The notes: a model not told the origin generated them from the sequence alone. 17,975 nt of DNA from Bacteriovoracia bacterium (GCA_046570105.1 JBKHVI010000051.1:1-17975); one strand, 5' to 3'; counted from the first letter of the stretch, positions 5,645 to 15,490 are shown. Numbers and translations are program-made.

Positions 5645-8600
5645 AAATGTGTTCTCGCTTTTGGCTTTTACTCTTCTTCTGCAGGCCTGTTCCAGCGAAG
5701 TAGAAGACGTTAATAAGAAGGTCGACAACTCTAGTTTTGAGCTGGGTCAAATCGAAATGGTGAGCGCCGAAGTACAGGCGACCCATTCCGACTGGCCAGA
5801 TCTTAAAGACAAGGCGCTAGTGAGCTTGCGCACCTGTATCACCGATATTGCCTATCTTGAGAAAATTGCGGGCGAGAAGTTCTCCATCAAAACACCTTCA
5901 CAAAACTCATCACGAGTGACCAATGCGCAAGGCTGTATCAATTGGACTGAGAGAGTCGAATTTAACTACCTGGAAGACGAAAAATATATCAAAGTGGCCG
6001 GTGCCATTGAGGCAGAAGGTAACTTCAAAGGTAAGCGTAATTTTCAATTGGCCATTAATCCATGGCGCGAACAGGCCATCGATCTCGGCTTCGGCCGTGT
6101 TCAATCAACACAAAGCGCACTGACTCTTGAGGACATCGAGAAAGGTCAGCGTATTGCTGTGACGAATGCCTCACTAAGCATCATCTCTCATAAGTTTCAT
6201 ACTGATCAAACTGAACTCGCTCTAGAGATTATCACTAACCCCATGCTAATCCGTCGTAACCTGACAGGTGCCGTGGTTCGTGAGAAATTCAACGGAGGTA
6301 AGTTTGATGTTTCTTACTACCTCATCACTAAAAACGTATCAAGCAACCAACGCAATGTAATTAGCCAGGTTGATAAGCTTGAAGTCATCACGACAGATGG
6401 TCGTTTGGCCTCAAAAATTAATTTTGTGATCAGCGAAGGCATTGATCCAAAAGATGTCGTTGAAGTTGCCATTAAAATATCAGCTCACAATGCTCCCTTT
6501 GATTTAGGTACAACAGAAGGTCTTCTCCCAATTCGCCAATTATCTGGCACCACTTCCAGCGATCTTCTTGAGATCCCTCAATCAATCGCTCAAATCATTA
6601 ATTCAAAACGTCCCCAAGATATGCGCGCTCCTACACCTGATGACTTTGGTTTCATCATTGATTCAATCAGTGTTGAGCCCGGTTCAGAAGGTGGCGAAAA
6701 CCTAGCTGGCACCAACGATCGCCGTATCGTTGACTCCAACATGACGGTATGTTTGGTGGACTCACTCATTAAAGATTCAATCCGCAATTACCCATTCCAG
6801 ATTAAATTCTTGGATGAGGACAAGTCTGTCTTGTTTGATAAGACAGTGACAACAGAACTTAGAACCGGTTGTGCCGTTTTCCGTGTCTCACTTCCTTACC
6901 GTCGCTACGATCAGCCTCGTTGGAAGAAGTATAAACTTGTTGTCGGTTCAACGCGTGAGCCTTTTGAAAATATCTCAAAAGAGCGCACCGTTAGTATTAA
7001 CCCATGGATCCGTACTGGTGACTTCGGTATCGATTCACAAGTCGGCGCTCCTCCGACAGTGACTATTGTCAACAAACCGAAAATTTTTATCCCAGGCATC
7101 AACTATAATTTCTTGGGCCATGCTCAAACCGGCGTAAAACTTAATAAGGGCCTCGACCTTCAGTTCACTCGCAGCTACATGATTGAGATGCAACCACAGG
7201 TTTTCTTAAATCATAGATTTGAAGGTGATACTGCCGGCCAAGAACCCCTCATGACGGGTAACTACAAATTGCGCTTCTTGATTTTGGCCCCTAAGCCAGG
7301 CATCAATATTGACTTCACAGCAGAAGTCAAACTCGATGACTACTACACCTTGACTGGTGCCGAGAAAAACGTTTCAGCAGAAAACGGTTTCGTTCGTACC
7401 AAAGTTGACCTTCCCCTCTTGATGACCGATCTCATGGCGTTGAGTTTCAAGAATATCGTCTTGGTTCAGCTCTCAGCACTTGATGGCTCATCTCTACAAA
7501 CAGGATACTTTGTTGGTGTCTTTAACGGCAGTCGACGTCAGGACAACATCGGATCATCTCTTGAGTCTAAACGTGAACTTTCAACACGTGATTTAAATAT
7601 CTCGAGAAGTTTAATCACACGCATGTCGAATCTTAAAAACAAGCTCGCAAGTGATGCTGTAATTCCTAATAATAAGGCCAACTTCATCAGTGCAATCCAG
7701 AAAGAAATCACTGGGACAGTTCCGGTCATCAATCCTCTTACTCACTCTGTAGTGAAGGCCAAAGTCAGTTTTGCTGCTTATGATTCGGAAGCTGCCTTTA
7801 AGACGGGCCAGGGTTTTGCCGCGAGAACTCCGGAGATCAGTAACCTCATTGATGATCCATCTCGTCTCAATGCTCAACTGATCGATGATATCTGTAATAT
7901 GTTTTATAATCGTAACGTCGTGATTCAGCAGTCGACCACTTACCCAAGCTACGGCATGAGTTTCTCTATGCCAGTTGATACCTCTAAAAAAGGTTATGAA
8001 TTCGCTCGCTGTAAGGCGAACTTTGCTGGCCACGTTCAAATGCAACGAATCCACCACGTCGCTAGCATCGTCTCTCAGCCAACCGCGCTGATGAACGAAG
8101 CTGGTTCAATGACTCGCACAGATGGTTACTGGATGGCGGATGGTGATGTGTTCTCACGCACAACTGGTTACCGCGTGGGTGATTCGATTAGCCACGGCTG
8201 GAACGTCGGTGTAGGTGTCTTCCTTTCGAAAATCGTTTCGATCTCAGGGGGCTACTCAATCAGCGGAACTCATTCTAATGAATACTTCACAACTGATGCC
8301 AGTGATCGTGTATTAAACCAATTCAAGCGTATGGACAACTCACTAACTATGCGCTACGCCTACGACCGTTTCCGTGTGTCATATCAAGCTAAGGCGATTC
8401 GCTGTTTGATGATCACACCAAAAATTGTGAAATCTGAAGTACCCGTGAAGCATGTGACTCCAAGCCTCTTGGATGCCTTTAAACGTGAAGGTCCTAAGCA
8501 ATACGAAGTCACTTCTCCAAAACGAGTTTACGTTTGTAAGTCAAACACTGACCAACAGACTTATAATGAAAGCTTCTACTTCGTTCGCAACGCAGAGACC

Positions 8601-8837
8601 GGTATGATGGGTGATACTGACGTCATGAATAATCAACTTGTGACACTTATTCGTGGTGACAAAACATTTAACCGCTTCCGTGACAGTATTATTGAGACTG
8701 ATCGTGCAGTTGTTGTTATTCAAAACAAGAAAGATACTTTGACTGAACGTTTTAGCCACCACATGCAAAACAACGGCACAGGTATCGACTACAAAAAACG
8801 CATGGACTATATTTTCCCTGGCCTGATCGAATTCTAA
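5634..8837 (+). CDS. Large (1067-aa) beta-rich lipoprotein of unknown function
   Basis: Lipobox LQAC (Cys19). Overlaps the upstream gene by 11 nt. Contains a duplicated C...GC...INPW module and is followed by a terminator. Confidence 0.8.
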   Translation: MNSKNVFSLLAFTLLLQACSSEVEDVNKKVDNSSFELGQIEMVSAEVQATHSDWPDLKDKALVSLRTCITDIAYLEKIAGEKFSIKTPSQNSSRVTNAQGCINWTERVEFNYLEDEKYIKVAGAIEAEGNFKGKRNFQLAINPWREQAIDLGFGRVQSTQSALTLEDIEKGQRIAVTNASLSIISHKFHTDQTELALEIITNPMLIRRNLTGAVVREKFNGGKFDVSYYLITKNVSSNQRNVISQVDKLEVITTDGRLASKINFVISEGIDPKDVVEVAIKISAHNAPFDLGTTEGLLPIRQLSGTTSSDLLEIPQSIAQIINSKRPQDMRAPTPDDFGFIIDSISVEPGSEGGENLAGTNDRRIVDSNMTVCLVDSLIKDSIRNYPFQIKFLDEDKSVLFDKTVTTELRTGCAVFRVSLPYRRYDQPRWKKYKLVVGSTREPFENISKERTVSINPWIRTGDFGIDSQVGAPPTVTIVNKPKIFIPGINYNFLGHAQTGVKLNKGLDLQFTRSYMIEMQPQVFLNHRFEGDTAGQEPLMTGNYKLRFLILAPKPGINIDFTAEVKLDDYYTLTGAEKNVSAENGFVRTKVDLPLLMTDLMALSFKNIVLVQLSALDGSSLQTGYFVGVFNGSRRQDNIGSSLESKRELSTRDLNISRSLITRMSNLKNKLASDAVIPNNKANFISAIQKEITGTVPVINPLTHSVVKAKVSFAAYDSEAAFKTGQGFAARTPEISNLIDDPSRLNAQLIDDICNMFYNRNVVIQQSTTYPSYGMSFSMPVDTSKKGYEFARCKANFAGHVQMQRIHHVASIVSQPTALMNEAGSMTRTDGYWMADGDVFSRTTGYRVGDSISHGWNVGVGVFLSKIVSISGGYSISGTHSNEYFTTDASDRVLNQFKRMDNSLTMRYAYDRFRVSYQAKAIRCLMITPKIVKSEVPVKHVTPSLLDAFKREGPKQYEVTSPKRVYVCKSNTDQQTYNESFYFVRNAETGMMGDTDVMNNQLVTLIRGDKTFNRFRDSIIETDRAVVVIQNKKDTLTERFSHHMQNNGTGIDYKKRMDYIFPGLIEF

Positions 8838-8844
8838 AACTCAC

Positions 8845-8880
8845 GGGCCAGAAGGAGTGACTCCCTTTTGGCCCTTTTTT
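8845..8880 (+). terminator. Rho-independent terminator built from a REP-like palindrome (copy 2, diverged)
   Basis: GGGCCAGAAGG-AGTGACTC-CCTTTTGGCCC followed by T6. It shares GGCCARAAGG, AGTGAC and CCTTTTGG with the copies at 976 and 9770. Confidence 0.8.
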
Positions 8881-8973
8881 GCACCGCAAACCACTCTTTG
8901 TCCTAGTTTTGCCTCAAGACAAATCCCAAAATTAACCTACAATAGACTCCGATTAACTATTTAAGGAGTTGCT

Positions 8974-9759
8974 ATGAAACTTACTCTAAGTCTTCTCATG
9001 CTCGTATTGCTCTCAGTTTCCTGCGCACATAAGTCTGAGAATAAAAAAGCAAAATATTCGCCGGTTATATCTTACAAAATTGACGGACAAACTTTTGCTG
9101 GCGAGATCAAACTCCCAAAAAAGTTTAAAGGCCAAGTGCCTCTCGTGGTGATTGTACATGAATGGTGGGGCCGCAATGAATTTATGCAAAATCGCTCTGA
9201 GCTTCTCAATGCAGCGGGCTTTGCTACCCTTGCGGTAGATTTGTTTGGTGATGCAAAGGTTGTCGAAACTCCACCAGAAGCCCAGGCCCTCGCCACTCCT
9301 TTTTACCAAAATCCGCAAATGGGAATTGAGCGTCTAGGCCGCTTTGTTGAGATGGCGAAACTTGATCCTCACGTTGATGCCAAAAAAGTTTATGTTATTG
9401 GTTTCTGCTTTGGCGGAACTCAAGCGTTGAATCTTGCGCGCACTGGTGCTGATATTGCAGGAGTTGTGAGTTTCCACGGAGGACTTGCCTCCTCACTTCC
9501 ACAAACCGCCATTAAAGCAAAAGTTCTCGCTCTCAATGGTCTCGCTGATCCCATGGTACCTGCGACGGAGCGTGCGGCTTTTGAAAAAGAAATGAAAGCG
9601 ATTAAGGCCAACTACAAAGTCGTGAATTACAAAAATGCCACTCACGCTTTCACTAATCCGAAGGCCACCGAGGTTGGTAAGAAATTTAAAATTCCAGTGG
9701 CCTATAATAAAGCCGCGGCCGATGCTGCTTGGAAAGAAATGTTCGCTTTCTTTAAGTAA
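8974..9759 (+). CDS. Dienelactone hydrolase family protein with a lipoprotein signal peptide
   Basis: HEWWG, nucleophile elbow GFCFGG, SFHG and HAFTNP motifs. AAGGAG SD and lipobox-like LSVSC (Cys17). Confidence 0.9.
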   Translation: MKLTLSLLMLVLLSVSCAHKSENKKAKYSPVISYKIDGQTFAGEIKLPKKFKGQVPLVVIVHEWWGRNEFMQNRSELLNAAGFATLAVDLFGDAKVVETPPEAQALATPFYQNPQMGIERLGRFVEMAKLDPHVDAKKVYVIGFCFGGTQALNLARTGADIAGVVSFHGGLASSLPQTAIKAKVLALNGLADPMVPATERAAFEKEMKAIKANYKVVNYKNATHAFTNPKATEVGKKFKIPVAYNKAAADAAWKEMFAFFK

Positions 9760-9766
9760 AATCAGA

Positions 9767-9801
9767 CTGGGCCAGAAGGTGTCACTCACCTTTTGGCCTA
9801 G
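9767..9801. repeat. REP-like palindrome, copy 3, between convergent genes
   Basis: CTGGGCCAGAAGGTG-TCACT-CACCTTTTGGCCTAG overlaps the arfB stop codon and is inverted relative to copy 1. Confidence 0.75.
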
Positions 9802-10190
9802 CTCACTTTTCCGCGCATCTTCTTTTTATCTGAATCCATTTTTTTACCCTTCAAGCGCTTCTCGACTGAACTGCGAGTAGGTTTTGTTGGTTTTCTCTTC
9901 TTAGGTGCTCGCCAGACATTCTCCAGCATGCGCTCTAACCGCTCAAAACAATCTTCGACGTTGTCTTTCTGCTGGCGATGCTCTTGCGAAGTGATTTGCA
10001 CTTCATTGTCTTGCGTGATGAATCCTGCATAGCGCGAGCGAAAGCGCTCCATCACATCCCAAGGAATTTTGGTATGGGTGATATTCCAGTGCAAAGTCGC
10101 CTTAGAGTTGACCTTGTTGACGTTCTGCCCGCCCGCTCCGGAGCTTCGAGAAAAAGTAAAATGCACCTCTTCACGTGGGAGACGATTCAT
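9798..10190 (-). CDS. arfB: Alternative ribosome-rescue peptidyl-tRNA hydrolase ArfB (YaeJ)
   Basis: FSRSSGAGGQNVNKVNSK GGQ motif and a basic C-terminal tail KKRKPTKPTRSSVEKRLKGKK, 130 aa. Confidence 0.95.
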   Translation of the reverse strand: MNRLPREEVHFTFSRSSGAGGQNVNKVNSKATLHWNITHTKIPWDVMERFRSRYAGFITQDNEVQITSQEHRQQKDNVEDCFERLERMLENVWRAPKKRKPTKPTRSSVEKRLKGKKMDSDKKKMRGKVS

Positions 10191-10813
10191 TCGGGCAACT
10201 CCAGCTCATCGTGAAACCGATTTCTAGAATGCATGACTGATTTCACAAAAACGCGGAAGAACTTCATCATTCGATCTCGCACTTCTGATCCTTCCAGTAC
10301 ACCCAAAGCATGGGCACAGGCCTCAAAGGTGGAAACATAACTGGGTTGTGGCGCTTTTCTTAATTGATACTCGCCAATAATTCCGGCCGGAAGTTTCACC
10401 GTCGGAAGATCTTTAATTCCCTCTTCGCGCAAATGAACTTTGCGTGCTTGTGTCCAATTTCCATCGGGGATAATGAGATGGTAGGGACCAGGATTTTCTT
10501 TTTTAAACGCATCATTAAGTTCCTGGGCTTTTTCGTCAGGATACAAAAACAGTGCTCGCCCGGGACGCTCCGTCACGACCTTGGGATCGAACACAGCGTT
10601 AAGTTGCCCGCGAATATCGAAATGGGTGTTATTGGGCAGCATCTGCTGAATAAATTGAGCAGTATTACTGGTGAGTTTCATCTCGCGGATATGCACAATG
10701 AGTGAGATGCGCGTCTCAATAGAAAAAGGCGTTAAGTGCGAACAGAAGCAATACATCTGGTGGATGCGGCATTTAGGACAGCGCCGGGGTCTGGAATTTC
10801 GTCTTGTGCTCAT
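10187..10813 (-). CDS. DTW-domain tRNA-uridine aminocarboxypropyltransferase (TapT/YfiP-like)
   Basis: N-terminal CxxC...CxC, HxxE...SNTA, LFLYP, PDGNW (DxTW variant) and STFEA motifs. Overlaps arfB by 4 nt. Confidence 0.85.
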   Translation of the reverse strand: MSTRRNSRPRRCPKCRIHQMYCFCSHLTPFSIETRISLIVHIREMKLTSNTAQFIQQMLPNNTHFDIRGQLNAVFDPKVVTERPGRALFLYPDEKAQELNDAFKKENPGPYHLIIPDGNWTQARKVHLREEGIKDLPTVKLPAGIIGEYQLRKAPQPSYVSTFEACAHALGVLEGSEVRDRMMKFFRVFVKSVMHSRNRFHDELELPE

Positions 10814-10856
10814 AGACGGATTTTAGCATGATGAGACATGAAAAAAGGAGTCTCTT

Positions 10857-11336
10857 ATGTCGAGTGTTCACGAGTTTAGTGCCAAAAATATCGCCGGCCA
10901 GGACGTTTCCCTCTCTCAATACAAGGGTAAATACCTCTTGGTGGTGAATGTCGCCAGCAAATGCGGCTTTACTCCCCAGTACGAAGGCCTTGAAGTACTC
11001 GCCAAGGAACTTGGTGATAAAGTCGCAGTCTTAGGTTTTCCCTGTAATCAATTCGGTGCCCAAGAGCCAGGTGACGAGAACGAGATCAAGAATTTCTGCT
11101 CACTCACCTACAATGTAACTTTCCCAATGTTTGCTAAAGTTGATGTGAATGGTGATAACGCTCACCCTTTGTACAAATTCCTTAAAGGTGAGAAGCCGGG
11201 CTTTTTAGGGACAGAGGCGATTAAGTGGAATTTCACTAAGTTCCTGGTCGATCCTCAAGGCCAAGTGGTCAAGCGTTATGCTCCCACCGACAAACCAGAA
11301 AAAATCCAACAAGACATCGCTGCTCTTCTTAAGTAA
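10857..11336 (+). CDS. Glutathione peroxidase family (Cys-type, BtuE-like)
   Basis: VNVASKCGFTPQY, GFPCNQFGAQEPG and KWNFTKFL motifs, with an AAGGAG SD. Confidence 0.95.
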   Translation: MSSVHEFSAKNIAGQDVSLSQYKGKYLLVVNVASKCGFTPQYEGLEVLAKELGDKVAVLGFPCNQFGAQEPGDENEIKNFCSLTYNVTFPMFAKVDVNGDNAHPLYKFLKGEKPGFLGTEAIKWNFTKFLVDPQGQVVKRYAPTDKPEKIQQDIAALLK

Positions 11337-11369
11337 CGCCTCATTTCTCGACTGATTCACTCATATTGC

Positions 11370-11397
11370 ACTTCCCCTCACTCTCGAGGGGAAGTTT
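11370..11397 (+). terminator. Probable terminator/stem-loop after the peroxidase gene
   Basis: ACTTCCCCTC-ACTCTC-GAGGGGAAGT 10-bp stem with only a short T tail. Confidence 0.5.
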
Positions 11398-11438
11398 GCG
11401 CTACAATGGTTTCATTTTCACTCTCTTAAGGAGTCAGT

Positions 11439-13583
11439 ATGTACCAAGGTCAGGCGTTTCGAGTCGAAAAGACTTCGGACAATCTCATCAACGTGATCTT
11501 TGATTTGAAAGATCAATCCGCCAACGTATTCAATGCCACCGCTCTGAAAGAGTTGGCAGAAGTTTTGGATGTAGTAAAAAAACAAAGTGGAATCCAAGGA
11601 CTCATTTTTAGTTCCGCCAAAGATGGTTTTATTTTTGGAGCTGATATCACTGAGTTCTTACAACATTTTCTAAAATCTGAAGATGAGATGCGCGCTTGGC
11701 TCATTGAGATCAATAAAACTTTCTCAGGCTTTGAAGATCTTCCCTACCCAACGGTAGCAGCGATCAATGGTTTTGCTTTGGGTGGTGGTTTTGAGATTGC
11801 TCTCGCCATGGATTACCGTATCTGCGGAACAAAAGCGCAAGTCGGCCTTCCTGAAACAAAACTTGGTATCATTCCTGGTTGGGGCGGTACCGTTCGTCTT
11901 CCACGTTTGATTGGCGCGGATAATGCCATTGAGTGGGTGACGTCGGCAAAATACTACAAGATGGAAGATGCTTTGAAGTTTGGTGCTGTCGACGGTGTGG
12001 TCGATGATAGCAAAACACTAGAAGCCGCTATGATTTTCCTCTCGCGCGCGATTAAGGGTGATATCAATTGGAAAGCACGCCGCGCTTTGAAAACTTCACC
12101 GATTAAGCTCGACAAGATCGAGAGCATGATGAGCTTTGAAGGCTCGAAAGCTTTTGTTGCTGGTATGGCAGGCCCTCACTATCCGGCACCTGTCGCAGCA
12201 GTTGAAAGTATGCAACAAGGAGCACGTAAAACGCGTGATGAAGCACTTATGATTGAAGGTGGCCTCTTTGCTAAGATGGCAAAGACAGGTGCCGCAGAAT
12301 GTCTCGTGCAAGTTTTCTTGGGTGATCAGTATCTTAAAAAAGTTTCTAAAAAGATGACCAAAGACTCTCAACCCACTAAGCACGCTGCCGTTCTTGGGGC
12401 GGGCATTATGGGTGGAGGCATCGCTTATCAATCCGCTTCTATGGGTGTGCCAGCGCTCATGAAAGATATCAAAACCGAACAGCTCACTTTGGGCATGGGT
12501 GAAGCGACTAAGCTTCTCAATAAGCTCGTGGAAATCAAAAAGATGAAGCCTGAAAAAATGGCGCAAGTCATTTCACAAATTACTCCGACGCTCTCTTACG
12601 CTGATTTCAATCAAGTTGATTTCGTGGTGGAAGCGGTTGTGGAAAATGAAAAAATTAAAAAATCGGTTTTAGCTGAAGTCGAAAAAAGTATTCCGGCAAA
12701 TGGCATCCTCGCTTCGAATACTTCTACCATCTCGATCACAAAACTCGCCGAAGGTCTTGCCCGCCCTGAGAATTTTGTCGGCATGCACTTTTTTAATCCA
12801 GTTCACCGTATGCCGCTGGTGGAAATCATCCGTGGGAAAAAATCTTCAGAAGCAGCGGTCGCTCGTGGCGTACAGTACGCCACCCAGATGGGTAAAACGC
12901 CAATCGTCGTCAATGACTGCCCAGGCTTCTTAGTTAACCGCGTGCTCTTCCCTTACTTCAATGGATTCTTGCATCTTCTAGAAGACGGCGCCGACTTCCA
13001 GAAAGTCGATAAGGTGATGGAGAAATGGGGCTGGCCGATGGGACCTGCTTATTTACTAGATGTCGTCGGTATCGATACCGGCCATCACGCTTCAGCGATT
13101 ATGGCCGCAGAGTTCCCAGATCGCATGGGCTTTAAAGGCAAAAATGCTCTCGAAGTGATGTACGCCGAGAAGCGCTTTGGACAAAAAAATAATAAAGGCT
13201 TCTATGAATACGAATTAGATAAAAAGGGCAAACCGAAAAAAGTCGTGACTGACGTTGCTTATACGTTGGTCAAACCTTTGATTAAGCAAACTGTTGCTGT
13301 CACTGATGAAGACATCGTGATGCGTATGATGCTGCCGATGTTGATTGAAAGTGCCCGCTGCTTAGAAGAAAAAATTGTCGCGACACCAGTTGAAGTGGAT
13401 ATGGGCCTATTGCTGGGCCTAGGCTTTCCTCCGTTCAGAGCAGGCATTTTCAAGTGGGCCGATATGGTTGGACTTAAAGAACTTTCCGCGCACGCTAAGA
13501 AATGGCAGCACTTAGGTAAACTCTATGAGTTCACCCCGACCATGACTGAGATGATGAATATTAACAAAAAATACCACGCTTAA
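11439..13583 (+). CDS. fadB: Fatty acid oxidation complex alpha subunit (enoyl-CoA hydratase/3-hydroxyacyl-CoA dehydrogenase)
   Basis: GADITEF, ALGGGFE, GLPETKLGIIPGWGG, GAGIMGGGIA, SNTSTISI and GMHFFNPVHRMPLVE motifs. Directly upstream of a thiolase. Confidence 0.95.
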   Translation: MYQGQAFRVEKTSDNLINVIFDLKDQSANVFNATALKELAEVLDVVKKQSGIQGLIFSSAKDGFIFGADITEFLQHFLKSEDEMRAWLIEINKTFSGFEDLPYPTVAAINGFALGGGFEIALAMDYRICGTKAQVGLPETKLGIIPGWGGTVRLPRLIGADNAIEWVTSAKYYKMEDALKFGAVDGVVDDSKTLEAAMIFLSRAIKGDINWKARRALKTSPIKLDKIESMMSFEGSKAFVAGMAGPHYPAPVAAVESMQQGARKTRDEALMIEGGLFAKMAKTGAAECLVQVFLGDQYLKKVSKKMTKDSQPTKHAAVLGAGIMGGGIAYQSASMGVPALMKDIKTEQLTLGMGEATKLLNKLVEIKKMKPEKMAQVISQITPTLSYADFNQVDFVVEAVVENEKIKKSVLAEVEKSIPANGILASNTSTISITKLAEGLARPENFVGMHFFNPVHRMPLVEIIRGKKSSEAAVARGVQYATQMGKTPIVVNDCPGFLVNRVLFPYFNGFLHLLEDGADFQKVDKVMEKWGWPMGPAYLLDVVGIDTGHHASAIMAAEFPDRMGFKGKNALEVMYAEKRFGQKNNKGFYEYELDKKGKPKKVVTDVAYTLVKPLIKQTVAVTDEDIVMRMMLPMLIESARCLEEKIVATPVEVDMGLLLGLGFPPFRAGIFKWADMVGLKELSAHAKKWQHLGKLYEFTPTMTEMMNINKKYHA

Positions 13584-14756
<1,173 letters not shown>

Positions 14757-14762
14757 AAAATT

Positions 14763-14792
14763 AAAAGGGCCTCGAAAGAGGCCCTTTTTTTT
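14763..14792. terminator. Bidirectional intrinsic terminator
   Basis: AAAAGGGCCTC-GAAA-GAGGCCCTTTTTTTT between convergent genes. Confidence 0.9.
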
Positions 14793-15450
14793 AACGCTCA
14801 ATTAAGTTTCTGCCTTCTAATCCTGTCCAACTATCACTCATCAAATGTCTCTCAAGATCCGAACTATTTGTAAGCCCTGACCAGGTATACATAATCATAT
14901 CCGCTGGTGGCGCGTAGTAGTGGCGAGCTTCACTGCCGTAACATGCAGAGAGGATAAACTGATAAAGTGAGCGCGCCTTATTGGTGAAAAGATCATAGCC
15001 AATGCGGGTGCTATTAAAATCATAGAATCCAGTATTATTTCCATGAGCAGAGAAAATCACCACTGAAACACCTTCTGTTTCCACAATTTCTTTTAACTGA
15101 GAGCCGCGGGTTTTGGTGTTCATCACCACACGGAAACCTTTATCCGCGAGATAATTCATAATGCGCCAGATGCGTGTGTACTCGTCTTTTGTCATGTTCT
15201 GGTCAGTCGCCGATCCACCAATTCCCCACATGATCGCAAAGTCGCCCATCGGGAAACCGGTTTTAACCATTTCCTCTTTAACGAAGGCAACAGTTCCATC
15301 AGTCAGCAAAGTTTCTGAAGAGTTTAAGTGATGCTCAACAAACTTAGCGCCTTGTACTTCAGTCATAGCTGAAAGAGTAATTTCAGGAGCAGATATTTGT
15401 GCGTGTGCGATGCTTGTGATGGCAATAAACAATAGCGTGAAAAGCTTCAT
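14791..15450 (-). CDS. Secreted protein with a caspase/CHAT-like (clan CD) His-Cys dyad
   Basis: Signal peptide ending IAHA. VVIFSAHG (His136) and FILSACYG (Cys170) each follow a hydrophobic beta-strand. Confidence 0.55.
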   Translation of the reverse strand: MKLFTLLFIAITSIAHAQISAPEITLSAMTEVQGAKFVEHHLNSSETLLTDGTVAFVKEEMVKTGFPMGDFAIMWGIGGSATDQNMTKDEYTRIWRIMNYLADKGFRVVMNTKTRGSQLKEIVETEGVSVVIFSAHGNNTGFYDFNSTRIGYDLFTNKARSLYQFILSACYGSEARHYYAPPADMIMYTWSGLTNSSDLERHLMSDSWTGLEGRNLIER

Positions 15451-15455
15451 AAGAT

Positions 15456-15478
15456 TGTCCCCTGTTTTTTAGGGGACA
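15456..15478 (-). promoter_or_regulatory. Hairpin sequestering the SD of the 15450 gene
   Basis: Minus strand TGTCCCCT-AAAAAAC-AGGGGACA-ATCTT-ATG. Confidence 0.5.
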
Positions 15479-15490
15479 TTAAAAGATGCG

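Noticed and set aside
976..9801. Palindromic repeats as a CRISPR array
   Set aside because: Copies are about 0.9-7.9 kb apart, in mixed orientation, with no regular spacers and no cas genes.
10857..11336. Selenocysteine glutathione peroxidase
   Set aside because: The active-site codon is TGC (Cys) and there is no in-frame TGA.
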